From contig OY761611.1 of assembly GCA_963664875.1 (NCBI GenBank), positions 1,184,001 through 1,248,000 of the forward strand: a stretch of DNA of 64,000 nucleotides. The letters run 5' to 3'. Shown piece by piece: positions 1-8,963 of the stretch. A model generated the notes under the pieces. That model was not told the DNA's origin and did not search any database. It worked only from the letters and a program-made list of their open reading frames with translations. This stretch comes from Candidatus Kapaibacterium sp. GTDB lineage: Bacteria; Bacteroidota; Ignavibacteria; Kapaibacteriales; UBA2268. The position numbers and the translations under genes were made by a program. How positions within the stretch are numbered: position 1 is the first letter of the stretch; every line of letters begins with the position of its first letter.

Positions 1-1
1 T

Positions 2-484
2 ATCTTGCTTTTCTTCATTTCTATCCTCGTACCATTCTCTGATTTCTCCATCTACAAGTTGAGGTTGTTCAAACTTGTCTCCATTTGCACGAGCTTTCCA
101 GACAATGGTATCCTTTTGGCCGAGAGAAACAAAATACAGGAATTCGCCGTTAGGTGTGAAATTAGGATTCCCCTGATCCTGAGAATTATTGAAAGATTCT
201 CCCATATTATACGACTCAGACCAAGTACCATCTGTCATTTTTTTTCTATAAAAAACATCACAATCGTATCTATTTTCAAAGAGATTAAACTTTCTCCAAG
301 AATGATTAGTCTTTTTGCAAGAGCTGAAATACATGAACTCCTCATCTAATGAAAATACAGGAGCGAAATCTGATGCATCACTATCCGGCAAAACAAAAGG
401 TCTGACGATAATTTGTTCTTGAGCTATCATAGGAAAAACGGCAAATAGGCTTAGAATTAGAATAGTAAGAATATCTCTTTTCAC
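2..484 (-). CDS. 5' part of a secreted PD40/TolB-like beta-propeller protein (runs off the left edge; not in the ORF track)
   Basis: Manual translation from GTG at 484 (GGAGA upstream): MKRDILTILILSLFAVFPMIAQEQ (signal peptide)...DFAPVFSLDEEFMYFSS...GTWSESYNMGESFNNSQDQGNPNFTPNGEFLYFVS; PD40-type repeats; frame open to the window edge. Confidence 0.8.
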   Translation of the reverse strand, partial: MKRDILTILILSLFAVFPMIAQEQIIVRPFVLPDSDASDFAPVFSLDEEFMYFSSCKKTNHSWRKFNLFENRYDCDVFYRKKMTDGTWSESYNMGESFNNSQDQGNPNFTPNGEFLYFVSLGQKDTIVWKARANGDKFEQPQLVDGEIREWYEDRNEEKQD

Positions 485-850
485 ACTATCTCCAATAGAT
501 TTCAATGTGACAACTTATACAAAACTTTATAAATAAGTAGTATTTCAGAAAACAACATTAAATTTATAAATCAATCAGCTTTTCAATATACAATATTTTA
601 AAGTTGTTACAAAGTATTAATATCATAACCCAAAGCAGATAAGTGAAAAAAGATGTACTTAACAAAAGAGTGTGGTGAATGCTATATTTTAGAATAGATA
701 AAACATATAAATATTCTGCTCAATAAAGCATACTGCTAAAAAAACTGTAGAAATTCTAAACAACAAAATCATTTTTGCGTTTGCTTGCTATTGAGTATTT
801 TTGTAGATACACAGATTATATATTTCCATACCTTTTTTGGAGACAAAAAA

Positions 851-1882
851 ATGGCAGAAAAAAGTTTTTACCTAAACAAAGACTCCATGGTAGAGCATTT
901 CGACATCAAAAAACATGATGTAACTGAAATGGTTGATGCTATGGGTAAGATGGCATTTTCAGCTCGCGATTTGAGCCGCGCTGCTAATATCTTTAACATG
1001 ATGTTAGAAGATAAAGGATGTACTACTTATCTTACTTTAGCAGGCTCTCTGATTAGTGCCGGCTTGCGTAAAGTCATTGTTGATATGGTAGAAAACAATA
1101 TGATCGATGCCATAGTATCTACCGGTGCTAATATTGTCGATCAGGACTTTTTCGAAGCCCTTGGCTTCCGCCACTATCAAGGTACAAAATTCGTAGATGA
1201 TAATGAATTACGCGACTTGATGATAGATAGAATTTACGATACATACATCGACGAAGACGAATTGAGAGTTTGCGATATGACTATAGCAGAAATTGCTAAC
1301 TCATTAGAAGCTCGCCCTTACTCTTCTCGCGAATTTATCCGCGAAATGGGAAGATATCTTGTAGAAAACAACAAAGGTGAAGGTTCTATCGTTCGCACTT
1401 GCTACGAAAAAGGTATTCCAATTTTTGTTCCTGCATTTTCTGACTGCTCAGCCGGTTTTGGTTTGGTTCACCACCAATTCCACGCAAAAGATGGTAAAAT
1501 GCTTACTATCGACTCTGCAAAAGACTTTTTGGAAATCACTAAAACTAAAATCGAAGCAGGCGGAAGCGGCATTTATATGATTGGCGGCGGTGTTCCTAAA
1601 AACTTTGTTCAGGACATCGTAGTAGCAGCAGAAGTATTGGAAATAGATGCAGAAATGCACAAATACGCTGTTCAAATCACAGTTGCCGACGAAAGAGACG
1701 GCGCTTTGTCAGGTTCTACTTTGAAAGAAGCTTCTTCTTGGGGTAAAGTAGAAACTACTTACGAACAAATGGTTTACAGCGAAGCAACTCTTGCTATGCC
1801 TCTTATTTCAGGTTACGCATACCACAAAGGCGCATGGAAAAACCGCCCTGAAAGAAGATGGAACGATTTCTTAGATAAATAA
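851..1882 (+). CDS. Deoxyhypusine synthase-like protein (probable homospermidine synthase, SpeY-type)
   Basis: DHS motifs STGANIVDQD, RIYDTYIDE, GGGVPKNF, DGALSGSTLKEASSWGK (catalytic Lys); ATG at 851 preceded by GGAG, preferred over the TTG at 785. Confidence 0.88.
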   Translation: MAEKSFYLNKDSMVEHFDIKKHDVTEMVDAMGKMAFSARDLSRAANIFNMMLEDKGCTTYLTLAGSLISAGLRKVIVDMVENNMIDAIVSTGANIVDQDFFEALGFRHYQGTKFVDDNELRDLMIDRIYDTYIDEDELRVCDMTIAEIANSLEARPYSSREFIREMGRYLVENNKGEGSIVRTCYEKGIPIFVPAFSDCSAGFGLVHHQFHAKDGKMLTIDSAKDFLEITKTKIEAGGSGIYMIGGGVPKNFVQDIVVAAEVLEIDAEMHKYAVQITVADERDGALSGSTLKEASSWGKVETTYEQMVYSEATLAMPLISGYAYHKGAWKNRPERRWNDFLDK

Positions 1883-1903
1883 GCAAAATCAGGATAATAT
1901 ATC

Positions 1904-1942
1904 AAAACGCCCTCTGATACTTGAGATTAGAGGGCGTTTTTT
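1904..1942. terminator. Bidirectional intrinsic terminator between the convergent DHS-like and argD genes
   Basis: aaaacgccctct-loop-agagggcgtttttt inverted repeat with A/T tracts on both sides. Confidence 0.8.
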
Positions 1943-1982
1943 GTATGTTATTTTATAAGCTAAGAGTATCTGGTCAGAATGT

Positions 1983-3149
1983 TTACATCTCATTCAAAGC
2001 ATTATCTAAAACTTCTATAAAATGAGTGATTTCTTCGTAGCTGATGATTAATGGCGGAACAAGCCTTAAAACTGTACCGGATGCCGCATTTGCGACAACT
2101 CGTTTCTGCACAAGTTTTTCAACGAGTAATGCTGCATCAAAATTTAGAGCCAAGCCTCGCATCAAACCAATTCCTCTCACTTCAGTAACTTTATCTTTAT
2201 ATTTATCTCTGATATTTAGGAGTTTCTTTTCCAAAAAGTTGCCAACTTTTTGGACATGATCCATCACTCCGTTTTCCAATTCCTTCAAAACTGCAAGCCC
2301 TGTAGCACAAGCAACAGCGTTTCCTCCGTAAGTAGTGCCATGCTGACCTTTGTTCCAAATGCCTGCTAAGAACTCTTTGGCAGCTATGCCACCAAGAGGC
2401 AATCCGCCACCAATACCTTTAGCCATAGTTGCAAGGTCGGGTTCGATGTCAAAGTGTTCAAATCCAAAAAGTTTACCTGTCCTGCCGATACCAGCCTGTA
2501 TTTCATCAGCAACAAGCAAAAATCCATACTTTTCTTTGAGCTCTTTAATTTTTGAAACAAATGCATTTGACGGAACTGATAGTCCACCTTCGCCTTGCAC
2601 AAACTCAAGAAAAACGGCAGCAGTTTTTTCGTTTATAGTAGCTTCGAGCGTTTTTACATCATTATGTGGAATAACTAAGGTATCATCTAAAAAAGGTCCC
2701 ATATCTTCTTTGTAAGCGGGTTTATCCATGATAGACAATGCTCCGTAGGTACGCCCGTGAAAGCCACCTGAAAAAGCTACAAGAGTAGATTTCCCGTTTT
2801 GTTTTCCCCATTTTCTTACGAGCTTTATAGCTCCTTCCATAGCTTCAGTGCCGGAATTAGAGAAGAAAATTCTATCAAAACAGCTCATTTCTACTATTTT
2901 TTCGGCAAGTTCTACCTGTGGCGCCTGATAGAAGTAATTTGAGATGTGCATATATTTATCAATCTGATCTTTGGCAGCAGCTATAATTGCGGGATGCCCA
3001 TGTCCCAAAGCATTAACAGCTATCCCGCCCAGCATATCAAGGTAGGAGTTGCCGTTGATATCAAAAATTCTACAACCTTTTGCGTGACTTACCTCAATTG
3101 GATAGCGTTTATAAGTCTGAAAAATAACTTTTGACTCTCTTGTTTTCAT
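1983..3149 (-). CDS. argD: Acetylornithine aminotransferase (class III PLP aminotransferase)
   Basis: GIAVNALGH, FSNSGTEAMEGAIK, FHGRTYGALS, VADEIQAGIGRTG, MAKGIGGGLP (PLP Lys), HGTTYGGN. Confidence 0.85.
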   Translation of the reverse strand: MKTRESKVIFQTYKRYPIEVSHAKGCRIFDINGNSYLDMLGGIAVNALGHGHPAIIAAAKDQIDKYMHISNYFYQAPQVELAEKIVEMSCFDRIFFSNSGTEAMEGAIKLVRKWGKQNGKSTLVAFSGGFHGRTYGALSIMDKPAYKEDMGPFLDDTLVIPHNDVKTLEATINEKTAAVFLEFVQGEGGLSVPSNAFVSKIKELKEKYGFLLVADEIQAGIGRTGKLFGFEHFDIEPDLATMAKGIGGGLPLGGIAAKEFLAGIWNKGQHGTTYGGNAVACATGLAVLKELENGVMDHVQKVGNFLEKKLLNIRDKYKDKVTEVRGIGLMRGLALNFDAALLVEKLVQKRVVANAASGTVLRLVPPLIISYEEITHFIEVLDNALNEM

Positions 3150-3400
3150 AACATAAACCTGATTATTCTATATTGTTTTCCAAGAATATTACTAAGATTA
3201 TATCTACAATCTCTATAAAAATTACAGAAAATGAAGACACATAATATAAAAAAAATGTAGAAAACCTAAAGGAGAAATTTATCAGTACAGTGACAAGAAT
3301 TTTGAAGATACAGAATTACAAACCTAATTTCATCTATGAAATGCTAAAGTACAGTCTGGCGAACAATAAATCTTTACATTCGCTATTGCATTGCCCAAAT

Positions 3401-3427
3401 AAAAAGGCTCCATGATGATGAAGCCTT
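3401..3427 (-). terminator. Intrinsic terminator after the 3456-6639 operon
   Basis: Minus strand reads aaggcttcat-catc-atggagcctt followed by a T-rich tract. Confidence 0.6.
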
Positions 3428-3455
3428 ACACAAATATGTTTTATGTCTGATGTAA

Positions 3456-3698
3456 CTAATAATCGATGCCTGCTGCCATTACATTCGCCGGGTCGAATGC
3501 GTGGCAGGGAGTTACTCCATATACCATATTACACTCCGGACACTTTCCTTCAAATTGTTCCATAACAAAATCATTGTCGCAAGAAGTACATTTTATGTTA
3601 AAAGCCATAGGCATCCATTGAGAATTAAAACCCATTGCTCTAATTTTATCAACTACCTGCTTACCTGATTCGAAACTGCCTTTGCAACCATCATGCAT
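3456..3698 (-). CDS. Small Cys/His-rich metal-binding protein (N-terminal MHDGC, CxxC-x12-CPxC zinc ribbon, PCH)
   Basis: 80 aa; C37-x2-C40, C53-P-x-C56, C65-H66; start overlaps the stop of the upstream ATPase gene by 8 nt (ATGCATGA), AGGA upstream. Confidence 0.8.
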   Translation of the reverse strand: MHDGCKGSFESGKQVVDKIRAMGFNSQWMPMAFNIKCTSCDNDFVMEQFEGKCPECNMVYGVTPCHAFDPANVMAAGIDY

Positions 3699-4719
3699 TT
3701 GTAAATTCCTTCTGAATATTTATATTACTGATTTTTTCGCCTATTCTGATGCTGTGTCTTAGATTTTGCACTATTTTATCTAATTTTTCGAGATTTTCGA
3801 GCATACTTCTCTCTTCTTCATCAGTGTGGATTACCTTAGCAACACCGCCATTTTTGATAACTAATCTCTGGTCTCCCATGAGTGCGAGCACAGGATCATG
3901 AGTAGCCATTAAAACAATTTTTTCAGCACTTACAAGTATTTGCAAAGCTTTTTTTCTGTCAATACCTGCATTTTCGATTTCATCAATCAGAACTATAGGA
4001 GATTTGCTTAGATATGCAGTATCAGCTATCATCAAGGCACGGGACTGCCCACCGCTAAGACTTGTGATATGAGTGCTACCGCTAAAACTTTCGCCTGCCA
4101 AATCATTTGCTTTTTCTATGATTTTTTCGACTATTGCATCTTTGTTTTCTATCATTCTACTTTCTGCGTGCATATCAACAAACTCGCGAACAGTAAGATC
4201 CATAACAAAATTCATATTTTGCGAAAGCTGAGCAACCATCTTTTTGCTTCCTGAAAAGCGCTGCTGTCTATCAGGTACTTCCCCATTTATCAGAATTTTT
4301 CTTTTAGTAGGCGTATCTTCCTGAGCCATCCACTCTATATCTGCAAGCAGTCTGCTTTTCCCGGAACCGGTCGGCCCAACTATACAGATTATTTCTCCTG
4401 CTTTGATAGTAATGGAATCAAATTGCTCTTTTTCGCCGGATTTGTTATTGCCGGCAATGATTGTAATAGATTTTGTTTCACTATCAGATTCGCCAAGGAA
4501 ACTTAGCATTTGCTCAATATATTGCTCTAAAGCCTTGTAGAATGTTTGCGGTTCGAATCCGTTTTCTTCGATAAAATCTTCATCTAAGGACTCTATAAAT
4601 TCTTTTACAGATGACTCGTGATTACTGAAGTCAGGTAAGTTATAAGTCTTAAAAAACTCAATAAGAAACGGATATTTTTCAATCAAAATTCCAAAAGACA
4701 TATTTTTATAGTTTAGCAT
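3691..4719 (-). CDS. ABC-type ATPase with N-terminal DUF1858-like helical extension; no cognate permease nearby
   Basis: Walker A GPTGSGKS, signature LSGGQ, Walker B VLIDE, H-loop MATHD; N-terminal LIEKYPFLIEFF segment resembles the N-terminus of the 5416-6639 protein. Confidence 0.85.
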   Translation of the reverse strand: MLNYKNMSFGILIEKYPFLIEFFKTYNLPDFSNHESSVKEFIESLDEDFIEENGFEPQTFYKALEQYIEQMLSFLGESDSETKSITIIAGNNKSGEKEQFDSITIKAGEIICIVGPTGSGKSRLLADIEWMAQEDTPTKRKILINGEVPDRQQRFSGSKKMVAQLSQNMNFVMDLTVREFVDMHAESRMIENKDAIVEKIIEKANDLAGESFSGSTHITSLSGGQSRALMIADTAYLSKSPIVLIDEIENAGIDRKKALQILVSAEKIVLMATHDPVLALMGDQRLVIKNGGVAKVIHTDEEERSMLENLEKLDKIVQNLRHSIRIGEKISNINIQKEFTNA

Positions 4720-4724
4720 ATTCT

Positions 4725-5414
4725 TTAGTCCAAGTTTATTTTTTTAACATTGCCCATCTGATAGCTGTCACCTATGCGTGTTTCTCCTAAGCAATAAGAA
4801 CAAAGTGCAGATGGCATTGGGTATTTCAATTCTTTGCCCTTGAGAGTATCGATATGATTTGTCTCATCGTAGAGCAAAGTAGAAAGCTCGAAGGCTCCCT
4901 GTCCGGTTAGTCCGTTAATATGCATTATTGCAGCCTTAGGATTGACAATATTAACCTTAGAAGCAAACACTTCACGCTCTGCCTGAGAAACAATATCCCC
5001 TTTGGTAATGACACATATATCAGCCATTTTCAGCATAGGTCCAATCTTTTTGGGTGTATTTATACCACTTAGGTTGTCAATCACACAAACGGCTTTTATA
5101 TCCTTGATATAAGGCGAACATCTGTTGCACAGTCCTGCTGATTCGCTGATAAGAATATCAAATCCATTTTTTAGCCCCCACTGTGTAACTTCTTCGATAT
5201 TAGAAACAAAGTAGTGGTCGGGGCATAGCGAACCTGAGAGCCCTTTTTTCACTTCAATTCCGTTTTTTTCGTATAGCACGTCATCGTCAGTAGTCAAGCA
5301 GTCAAATTTGACAACTCCAACTTTAAGCCCCTTTTGTTTGAGAGCATCTATAGTTTTGATTATGATAGAGGTTTTCCCGGAAGAAGGAGGCCCGGATACT
5401 GTTACTAAGTTCAT
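4725..5414 (-). CDS. HypB/UreG-like (G3E family) P-loop GTPase, Cys-rich
   Basis: GPPSSGKT, KFDCL, GSLCPDH, ESAGLCNRCSP, TKGD, C-terminal CSYC; ATG at 5414 with GGAG upstream, 1 nt after the upstream stop. Confidence 0.85.
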   Translation of the reverse strand: MNLVTVSGPPSSGKTSIIIKTIDALKQKGLKVGVVKFDCLTTDDDVLYEKNGIEVKKGLSGSLCPDHYFVSNIEEVTQWGLKNGFDILISESAGLCNRCSPYIKDIKAVCVIDNLSGINTPKKIGPMLKMADICVITKGDIVSQAEREVFASKVNIVNPKAAIMHINGLTGQGAFELSTLLYDETNHIDTLKGKELKYPMPSALCSYCLGETRIGDSYQMGNVKKINLD

Positions 5415-5415
5415 C

Positions 5416-6639
5416 TTACATCTCCGCTGCATTAGTAAAAATTGATTCGCATTTTGCTATCAGTTCAGGAATATCCTGAGAATATATATAGTCCCAGCCC
5501 AGCCACATAAATTTATTTTTTTTATCAATTCTATTGTCTATGTTAGGATTTACACTTGGAAATAGTCCCTGATGAGCCAGTACTTCCCCAATTTTTTCGG
5601 AAATAAAGAAATCAACCAGAGCTTGAGTTTTATCCGCACTGCTATCTTTGATTAACATAAAAATAGGACTAATTATAGCTCCATCCTCAGGCCAAACAGC
5701 CATCATAGAGTCACCCTCGCGTACCATTTTAGTGAAGAAATACGGCATTATAGTTACCACAGGTTTTTCAGGCTTTACTTTTCTGCCTTCTTTAATCATT
5801 TGAGAAGGGTGCATTGATTTCATCAAATTTTTCCCTAAGGCTTCGATACCTTCTGTGCCATATTCTTTGTGAATATTAAGAAGTATAGCATTAAACAAGT
5901 CAAAATCGGCAACGGGTAGCGAAATAGATTTTCTGAACTCAGGTTTTAGAATATCTTCCCAAGATTTAGGAATTTCTCGTCCATTCAACTCTGTAGTATT
6001 TACAAGGAATACCGCAGGAACAACGCTTATCATGGAATAATGCTTTTTCGGATCACGCAAATCTATCTCTGCATTAGAAAACATGGAATTCCATTTTTCT
6101 AATTGAGTTGTATCTCTGAATACTCCTGAGTTTTTGTGCCTGCCAAATAATTTGTTATCAAAAAACAAATCAAATCCGGCAGAGATAAATACATCAGCAA
6201 GGTCATCAGCTTCTGCTCCTTTTTTCAGATCATTTTTTAGCCAATCCAATCCCATAGATGCAGCTTTCAAATCAAATTTGATATTCTTTAGCTGATTTGA
6301 TTCAATGAAACTATTGAGCTCCTCAACAAGCGGCAGCCTTACCGGACATGGAAGCAAGCCCGTAACCTGCAATGTTTCACTACCGTCAATTGTTGAAGAT
6401 ACATTATGATCTGATATTGTATCTTTTTCATCAATCGCATCAGTCAACATTTTTGTAAAAGAATCCTGATTGATTTGTTTGAAAATTAGAGCATTGCGAA
6501 GAGTTATCTTTTTCCCGAAATTTTCTAATACAGCTTTATCTGCAAAATTGTTAAAGCCTTGCGAAATAAAGATATCAAGAGTTACAGGATACTTTTCTAT
6601 AATCTCAAATACTGTTTCATCTATGTTGATTTGTGTCAT
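5416..6639 (-). CDS. DUF1858-like N-terminal domain fused to a solute-binding-protein fold; no signal peptide
   Basis: N-terminal TVFEIIEKYPVTLDIF...ITLRNAL (DUF1858-like); LLPCPVR motif; SBP-type IPKSWEDIL and VWPEDGAIISPIF; no hydrophobic leader or lipobox. Confidence 0.75.
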   Translation of the reverse strand: MTQINIDETVFEIIEKYPVTLDIFISQGFNNFADKAVLENFGKKITLRNALIFKQINQDSFTKMLTDAIDEKDTISDHNVSSTIDGSETLQVTGLLPCPVRLPLVEELNSFIESNQLKNIKFDLKAASMGLDWLKNDLKKGAEADDLADVFISAGFDLFFDNKLFGRHKNSGVFRDTTQLEKWNSMFSNAEIDLRDPKKHYSMISVVPAVFLVNTTELNGREIPKSWEDILKPEFRKSISLPVADFDLFNAILLNIHKEYGTEGIEALGKNLMKSMHPSQMIKEGRKVKPEKPVVTIMPYFFTKMVREGDSMMAVWPEDGAIISPIFMLIKDSSADKTQALVDFFISEKIGEVLAHQGLFPSVNPNIDNRIDKKNKFMWLGWDYIYSQDIPELIAKCESIFTNAAEM

Positions 6640-6850
6640 TTGTCATACTCTTAAGATTGGAGTGGAATAATATTTTTATTATCAGACTTATTTGTCCGAA
6701 ATATATTGTAAATATTTATCTTTTCCAAATGAAAAATGATACGTCTTACAAATAGTAACATAAAATGCAAGTGCGGAGCTTTTTAATTTGATATATTAGC
6801 TAAAGACACTATTTTTACATCTTATCATTATAAGCAGAGTTATCAGATAT

Positions 6851-8872
6851 ATGTCAAAAGTCATCCTTATTTTTTTATGTATTTTGTCTGTCTCTTTAGA
6901 GGCAAAAATCCAATGGGCAGATAGTGTAGTCGCTGTTTCAGCATCAACTGTTACAAAAGAAGGAAGTCCTTTTCAGGTGCTTGGCGAACCAAGTATATGC
7001 TCCGATTTTGGCAGAAGTGAATGTGCGTGGAGCATTCCGGCAAAGACCCTGAACAAGTCATTGCATTGGATTGTGGTCTCTTTTGACACTGCCATTTATG
7101 TGAAAACAATATTTGTGCATGAAAATTTTTTCCCGGGAGCTATTTCCAAAATAGAATTATTGGATGCAACTATGAGGAGAGCCGACATAGCTTACCAAAA
7201 CGGTAACCCGGTACCGCTGAGCGAAAAAGGACAGATATTTAAACAATCAGTAACATACTCTAACTTCCCTGTCAAATTTCTAAAACTATATGTCAATAAT
7301 TATAATTTCTCGAGTTACCAAGCCGGACAGATTGATGCCATCGGCATATCAGCAGAAGACGAGGACTACTATGTAGATATAAATTTGCCCAAGGATTTGA
7401 ACTTCCCGGAATATCCTCAGAATTTAGGAGAAGCTGTGAACTCACCGTATTCGGAGGTTACGGTTGTGATTGCACCTGATGGCAAGACACTTTACTTTTC
7501 CCGAAAGGCTCATCCGCAGAATATTGAGGGAGATAAGGCAATGAGCTCTCAGGATATCTGGTATTCTGAAATTGACAGTGTTGGGCATTTTTTACCTGCA
7601 AAAAATATTGGAAGTCCACTTAATAACTCAGAACCAAACTTCCCCATTTCTTCAGGAACTGACGGCAAAAGCCTTATCGTTGCAAATAAATACCAAGAAG
7701 ACGGCACAGTATCCACCGGCTTTTCCAAATCATATTATGACGGAAAGCAGTGGTCTTTTCCTGAGTCATTTTCTGTTACAAATTACTATAATTTAGATAA
7801 GCGAGGCTCTTATTCTATGGGAGCTGACGGAAAAACGTTTATCCTTAGTATAAAAAGAGAAGACTCATTTGGAAATAAGGATTTATATGTTTGCTTTTTA
7901 GATGACGATGGCGTTTGGTCAGAACCAATGAACCTCGGTGAGCTTATAAATACTGCCGCTGAAGAAGATACTCCGTTTTTGGCTTCGGATAATGAAACTC
8001 TTTATTTTGCTTCAGAAGGTCATCCCGGGTATGGAATGAATGATATTTTTGTTACCCGACGATTAGATGATACTTGGAAAAACTGGAGTAAACCTGTCAA
8101 TCTTGGTCCGGTAATAAATACTGCAGGATGGGACAGTTATTTTACAATACCTGCCTCCGGTGATTATGCATACTTTGTATCATCTTACCAATCCTTGGGC
8201 AAAGAAGATATTTTAAAAGTAAAACTACCTGAAGTATTAAAACCAAAGACAGTTACTCTCGTATCGGGTAAAGTAATAGACGCAAAGAGCCGCAAACCAA
8301 TCGCTGCAAAAATTGTCTATCAGGAATTGCCAAGCGGCAAAGAACTTGGAGAAACAAGAGCGGCTACTTCGAGTGGAGAGTATAAAATTGTCTTGCCGAA
8401 GGGAAAAAAATATGCTTTTTTGGCAGAGGCTCAGGGCTATATAGCCATAAATCAATTTATTGATTTGAGAGATGCCTCAGAATATACAGAAATAGAAAGA
8501 AATTTAGAATTGGTGCCCATTGAGAAAGGTCAGACAATCAGAATGAATAACATATTTTTTGAAACTGCAAAATTTGAGCTATTGGAAGATTCATTTGTTG
8601 AGTTAGACAGAGTAGTAGAGATATTGACAGCAAATGCTAAACTAAAAATAGTAATCGAAGGACATACAGATAACGTTGGAGATGACAGTTCTAATCTGTT
8701 ACTTTCCAAAGAGCGAGCAACAGCAGTTTTCAATTATTTAGTAAGCAAAGGTATAGACAAACTACGTTTAAGTGTCAAAGGCTTAGGAGAAAAAGTACCT
8801 GTGGCAGATAATAATACCGAAGAAGGAAAGCAAAAGAACCGTAGAGTACAATTTAAGATTTTGGGACTTTAG
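6851..8872 (+). CDS. Secreted PD40-repeat / carboxypeptidase-regulatory-like / OmpA-domain protein (PorE-like architecture)
   Basis: Signal peptide; PD40 repeats (APDGKTLYFS, WSEPMNLGELINT, WSKPVNLGPVINT); VSGKVIDAKS; C-terminal OmpA motifs IEGHTDNVG, LSKERA, NRRVQF. Confidence 0.85.
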   Translation: MSKVILIFLCILSVSLEAKIQWADSVVAVSASTVTKEGSPFQVLGEPSICSDFGRSECAWSIPAKTLNKSLHWIVVSFDTAIYVKTIFVHENFFPGAISKIELLDATMRRADIAYQNGNPVPLSEKGQIFKQSVTYSNFPVKFLKLYVNNYNFSSYQAGQIDAIGISAEDEDYYVDINLPKDLNFPEYPQNLGEAVNSPYSEVTVVIAPDGKTLYFSRKAHPQNIEGDKAMSSQDIWYSEIDSVGHFLPAKNIGSPLNNSEPNFPISSGTDGKSLIVANKYQEDGTVSTGFSKSYYDGKQWSFPESFSVTNYYNLDKRGSYSMGADGKTFILSIKREDSFGNKDLYVCFLDDDGVWSEPMNLGELINTAAEEDTPFLASDNETLYFASEGHPGYGMNDIFVTRRLDDTWKNWSKPVNLGPVINTAGWDSYFTIPASGDYAYFVSSYQSLGKEDILKVKLPEVLKPKTVTLVSGKVIDAKSRKPIAAKIVYQELPSGKELGETRAATSSGEYKIVLPKGKKYAFLAEAQGYIAINQFIDLRDASEYTEIERNLELVPIEKGQTIRMNNIFFETAKFELLEDSFVELDRVVEILTANAKLKIVIEGHTDNVGDDSSNLLLSKERATAVFNYLVSKGIDKLRLSVKGLGEKVPVADNNTEEGKQKNRRVQFKILGL

Positions 8873-8913
8873 TTTTTTTGAGTAAGAATTATAAGTAAGC
8901 CTATTTTTAACAT

Positions 8914-8945
8914 AAAAGCCGAAAGCAGAACTGCTTCCGGCTTTT
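8914..8945. terminator. Bidirectional intrinsic terminator between the OmpA-domain gene and nuoF
   Basis: aaaagccgaaagcag-aa-ctgcttccggctttt hairpin with flanking A/T tracts. Confidence 0.75.
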
Positions 8946-8963
8946 GTATTATAGATTTCGGAG

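Noticed and set aside
5-349. 114-aa plus-strand ORF in the track
   Set aside because: Shadow of a minus-strand PD40-repeat gene (start 484) that has an RBS, a signal peptide and recognisable motifs
6725-6765. Possible Crp/Fnr- or HcpR-type site (tgatacgtcttacaaatagtaaca) upstream of the 3456-6639 operon
   Set aside because: Only half-site similarity in AT-rich DNA; not distinguishable from chance by eye
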